Assembly: GCA_000320545.1 (NCBI GenBank)
Contig: ADNK01001665.1
Coordinates: 23,578 to 87,577, forward strand
From: Bigelowiella natans CCMP2755
Taxonomy: Eukaryota; Protista; Cercozoa
Direction of reading: 5' to 3'
Length of the DNA: 64,000 bases
Position numbers and translations under genes: made by a program. Shown in pieces: positions 59,185 to 64,000 of the stretch (position 1 is its first letter; the number at the start of each line of letters is the position of its first letter). The notes under the pieces are model-generated. The model was given only the letters and a program-made list of their open reading frames with translations. It had not been told where the DNA came from and did no database searches.

Positions 59185-60665
59185 TTCTTCTTGATCATGA
59201 CCAGGAACATCACCATCATCATCACCATCTACTTGATCATAACGAGGAACATCACCATCATCATCATCCTCTTCTTCTTCTTCTTGATCATGACGAGGAA
59301 CATCACCATCTTCATTTTGTTCATCATAATCATCATAATACCGCTTTGAAGATAAAGGTCCTTGATTTGGTCTGTATGCTAAATTGTCCAGGAGAAGAGA
59401 TACTCGGTTTTATCCTTGTACCATCAAGTGGAATGACACCCTGAGGTTTCTGCTGTTTTTCTGGAGAAATCTTTGATTTGTAGTATTCTAGATGCACACC
59501 ACCTTCATTGCTCACGCTTTGAAGTCTACAATACCTACACGAAGAAGAACAAGAAGAAGATAATGTGTAGCAGCAGAAGAACATCAATACAAACAACATT
59601 AACAACAATAATAATATTAATCATTATAAGACAACATCGTCATCATCATTTTTCGTAATCGCGAAGAAGCTGCAATATAAGCTGCAATATACAAATTGAG
59701 TAGTCGTGAGTATTTTCAATGATTATGAATGATACATAGGTTATATATATCTCTTGCAGTTTATCTTTCTCTCTGCTCTTGTTGCTACTTACTCTTACTT
59801 ACCTACTCATCGATCGTACGTACTACTATCTATCTATCTATTTATCTATCTAATACTATAGCCCACCTTATATGCAACGTAATTATATAGTAGTATTACA
59901 TGTTTTGTATGATCATCATCAAGATCAAGATAAAGATGATGCTACTATTATTATTATTATTATAATTATTATTATTACTATTATCAAAAATATACCTTCT
60001 TTTAAATCGGGTATTGTACTGACCAGCCTTTTCTAACCATCCTTCCTTCAATGTGGTGTTGTTGTTACTGCTGCTTTCCAAAGACGGCTTATTTCCTTCA
60101 TTATCAGCACTATTACCACCACCATTATGGCCACTCATTAATGAGGACGATTGAGAGGGGAAAAGCAGCAATGATCCTCGCTTATTTGTAGTCGATTTTT
60201 GTTCTAAATCGTGTTCAACTTTGGTAATGAGATGACGGATATCCGTTGTCCATGAAGTCCCATTAGCGACTGCCTTCGTTCGGACGTCTATGTTACAACA
60301 ACAACAACAACAACAATTTGTGTAAAGTATCATGCAAATTACAATAATATAATACAACATTTGGTAAAAAACGATGATTGTATGATGGTAATGATGCTCC
60401 GATGATGATCTGATTGCGACAAATAACTGCTTTAATACTACTACTACTACTAGTAATAGTAATAGTAGTAGTAGTAGTAGTAGTAGTAGTGTAATAACAA
60501 CCCACCCTTGAGCTCATCTAGAGCATTAGCAGCCGCTATTTCCTCAGCCTTTGATCATTAAATCCATATAATGGATGATCATATTCGGTCGAGCATCACA
60601 CACACAAACACACACACACACACACACACAAATTCATATAATGGATCATCATATTCGGTCGAGCA

Positions 60666-60703
<38 letters not shown>

Positions 60704-62346
60704 GCACACATCGATAGTAGTAGCAGAGTAGTAGTAGTAGCAGTAATAATAATAATAATAATAATAATGCGTGTAGTAGTAATAGTAGTAGTAGTAGTAG
60801 TAGTAGTAGTATCAAAATGGTTCCATCCATCCATCCATCCATCCATCCTATTATTGTATACTGTTATTACTAGTATTCTTATTATCACCTCAAACTGATC
60901 GTTTATTTTAGTGAGATCAAGGAGAGCTTTGGTGTACATGTCACCAACGTCTCGAAGTTTTTTCTCCAAAATGGAATGTTGGTTGCTGAGAGGTGCGGCA
61001 ACTAGTTTCAACACATTTTGTGATAAATCCCGAAGTCGATGTGCAGCGCTAAGATCGAACCTGTGGAGGGGGGGGGGAAGGAGAGAGAGGCAGTCAGGCA
61101 GTCAATCATTGATCCATGCACTTATTCATTCTTGAGAAGTAGTAGTAGTAGTAGTAGTAGTAGGGTGTTCCTAGTAATAATGAAGGGATGAAGTAGTAGT
61201 AGTAGTAGACGGTGTACTAGTAATAATGAAGGGGGGTTTGTTGCCTACAACAAGAACATTAAAAGAAGATGATGGTGGAGTCTGTTTAAGTTGGCGGATA
61301 ATGTGGTTTAATATCTTGCAAAGAAGCAAATCATAAATTGTACGGCACACATGTAGTATTATGTTATGTAGTAGTCGTTGTACGCACTGATGCAGTTTGT
61401 AGAGAGCATTTAAGACCGGTTTCATTACATCAGAATCCATTTGTGCATATTTGGTGCTCCTTTCTCTCTCTGCGGTCTCAATTGTTCTTTCTACATATGC
61501 GGGAGTCTTTTCCCATTGTTTCCTTAAATACGAAGCAAAACGCTTCATTACGTACAATCCAGTCCTCACTTGCTCAAAAACAAGAGGGTACCTGAGGAGA
61601 GAGGAGGGATTTGGATGATGATCACAACGACATACGACGAAAGTAGTAGTATTGGTTATGCTGATTATAACAATAATGGTCTGATGATAACAATGATACT
61701 CGTAAACCCTCTTCATTTATTATAGATCAATGGTTAGGGTTATTGTAGTAGTAGCAGCAGTGGTTGAGGTGTATGCTTCCACATGTGATTATGATTATTA
61801 ATATTATTACACATAACAACAATATGTAGTAATGGTGACTAACTGGTGAGTCAGTAGAGCGAATCCTTCTTGTTCTGCCCATCCACGCACTGGCAACATA
61901 CCATCCTCCCCCCCTTCCTCCTCAAGATTATTATTGTGGTTGTTCTTGTTCACATCTTCGTTTTTTGTGGTGGTGATGTTAACGTCAGCACCGACGTCAG
62001 TCCTTCCTTCATCATCATCATCATCATCATATTCTGGCAGCCTCCTCCTCCTTACTTCTGCTGCTGCTGCCTTGTCTCCTCCAAATACCTCTTTGAATTC
62101 TGTAACCTCTGTCTCCCCTCCCGTCGGACTATCTCGTTCATCATTATCTTGGGGTGGTGGTGGTGGAGGTGGAGTTGGAGTCAAAGCTCTAGCATCCTCC
62201 TTCGCATCTTTTGCATGACCAAACCCCTCCTCATCGGCCTCCTCCTCAGAAAACTCAGCACTCAATGGAGGTGGTGGCGGTACTTCTTCATCATCATCAC
62301 CCACAAGTGCGCCGTGTGGGTGGAGATGTACACCATCTTGTTCCAT
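53115..62346 (-). CDS. PTEN-family lipid phosphatase (phosphatase + C2) fused to N-terminal F-BAR-like, PH and three SH3 domains; start uncertain
   Basis: IRSKVSKKKRRF..FDLDLTYI..NLIAMGFP, YRNSMRDVQRFF, YWIYNLCSERR, DDHNP, IHCKAGKGRTG, GVTIPSQIRYV, LFRFWFNT; PH KEGWLEKAGQYNTRFKRR; SH3 ELPFKKNDVITIL..NWWYG..GIVPNNYL. Confidence 0.85.
58690..58850. repeat. Intronic tandem repeat, 3 units of CAACGTATGATGATCATGATGATGCTTTAAGAACAAC(AAC)n
   Basis: Directly visible. Confidence 0.85.
59020..59315. repeat. Intronic minisatellite, about 6 units of TTCTTGATCATGACGAGGAACATCACC(ATC)n
   Basis: Directly visible; explains the pseudo-ORFs at 58965-59349. Confidence 0.9.
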
Positions 62347-63785
62347 ATTTCTTTTCAATTGTTACCAAAAATACTGGCACTTTAAGATTGCAATTTTCTC
62401 TGTTGTCTTCCCTCCTTGATTATTCTCTGAGAGGACTATACCCAAATGATATAGACTGTTTTTGGCTGATATTGAATTCTGCTTCTTCTGTCCGTCCTAA
62501 CGAAAAAGCCCGGTGTTACTGTAGAGGAGACGTTTAAGCAGTACGTGTACCATCTAGACGTTCATTCATTCATTCCATCTTCTGTGAGCTTTGTAGTGCG
62601 AGATCGATCATGCACAGATTTCCTGGATTTCCTCCTCTGTTATAATGTTTACGTCATACACTTTTCTTTGTCGCATGTAAGAAACTCCATTGTTAGATAT
62701 TTGCTCTGATGTTTCGGAATCCAGCAGCAGAGAAAGGTTCTAGGTCCCGAGATGATGAATGATGATGATGGATCCTTCTCCCTCTCCGACGACCATCTTC
62801 ACAGTAAAGGAGATCAAATAATATCCTCATCAGTATAGAACGAGGAGTACACTGTAAAAGAAGGAAACCGAAGAGAACGATGAGGATGATAGGGAGGAAA
62901 AGATTACACAAGTGTCATCATAATCATCATGAACATCATTATCGTTTAAAACCCCAGCAGATCAGAACGAAATCATCCGTTGAGCTGTGGATAAATCTTG
63001 CTATGGCAATTTGATGGAAATAATGCTGCTACTACTAGTGCATGTCTTACGAGACATATCGTCATCTTGTAAGTCATGGATACTGCACGTCTTACGAAAC
63101 ATATCGTCATCATCTTGGAAGTCATGGTGGTCACTGCTAGTAGTAGCGATGATGGTTTTACTATCGATGAACAACTTCAGTGGAGTCAGGAGTTTACGAA
63201 CATCTCTCCAAGGAGGTTTAAAGGAGGATTTCGACGATGGTAAGCAAAGAATCAATACATAAGGAGGAGGGATTAATCACTATCTGCTAAATCATCTCAT
63301 TCTCTTCTTCTTCTTCTTCTTCTTCTTCTTCTTCTTCCTTTTGCAACGATTATTCCTACTTATTATTTTGTATTATTATTCGATATTAAGGATATTTGGG
63401 AGCATCAGGCTTTCTCACAGAGTTCAGCAGCAGATTTAAAGATGAGAAATTCGAACAAGAGATGGCTTCTAAAATGCGGACGGCGTGGAAAATTTTCAAT
63501 CTTTTGAGGCCAAACTGGCGACAGATTGCTGAAAACTTGGGTAGTCTTTGTCACTAAAGAGGAGGGGGAAAGAAGAATATACATGCGTTCGAAGTCTTCT
63601 CCCATGACCACCTCCACCCCCCTATTCTACATCCCTTCTTCTTCCCTTGCAAACAAAATATCACCACACACACTATGTATGTAGGGGCCTCGGTTAACGA
63701 CTCTTCTGTTATGAAATTAAAGGTGATGAACAGGAAGCTACAACCACCACTACCACTACCGTGATGCCCATTGCATGATCATCAA

Positions 63786-63820
<35 letters not shown>

Positions 63821-63875
63821 ACTATGCAGTAGTAGTAGTAGTAGTAGTAGTAGTACTAGTATCATCCTAGTCTAC

Positions 63876-63918
<43 letters not shown>

Positions 63919-64000
63919 CTCTGCTTTTTATGATCTAGATCGATCTATTTCATCATCCATGATTCTCTTGAATTGTTCTTAGGAGCAGTATGAGCTTCAG

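Noticed and set aside
58965-59349. Repeat with a constant core and variable spacers, CRISPR-like at first glance; also poly-M/I ORFs
   Set aside because: The spacers are only (ATC)n/(TTC)n expansions inside a eukaryotic intron; no cas genes.
62350-63620. Short ORFs upstream of the PTEN fusion
   Set aside because: Could be extra 5' exons, UTR or another gene; no consistent frame or motif could be supported.

Overview
Eukaryotic nuclear DNA, intron-rich, with microsatellite-filled introns. It is most likely from a chlorarachniophyte-type alga (inference: phytoene desaturase and a NOL/NYC1-like chlorophyll b reductase with bipartite signal+transit leaders occur together with a DH-PH RhoGEF and PTEN). 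I reconstructed about 14 spliced genes by hand: histidine phosphatase(-), COQ5(+), hypothetical(-), Ariadne-type RBR E3 ligase(+), KH protein(-), GORAB-like(+), membrane SAM methyltransferase(-), F-box(+), DH-PH RhoGEF(+), NOL/NYC1-like(-), PDS(+), ARID/dynamin-like GTPase/OTU-like fusion(-), hypothetical membrane protein(+), and F-BAR/PH/SH3/PTEN fusion(-). A frameshifted element lies at the window start. Main observations: (1) TpA-depleted, CA/TG-rich tracts that keep CpG and spare CTAG, at 1-1800, 28.2-28.9 kb and the convergent 3' junctions, suggesting a targeted A:T->G:C ('reverse RIP') process; (2) a predicted nuclear ARID + NUGGC-like GTPase + tandem OTU-like protein; (3) a PTEN fusion with a PH domain nested in an F-BAR and two SH3s nested in a third. 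Exon boundaries and domain calls are manual motif recognition; no searches were run.
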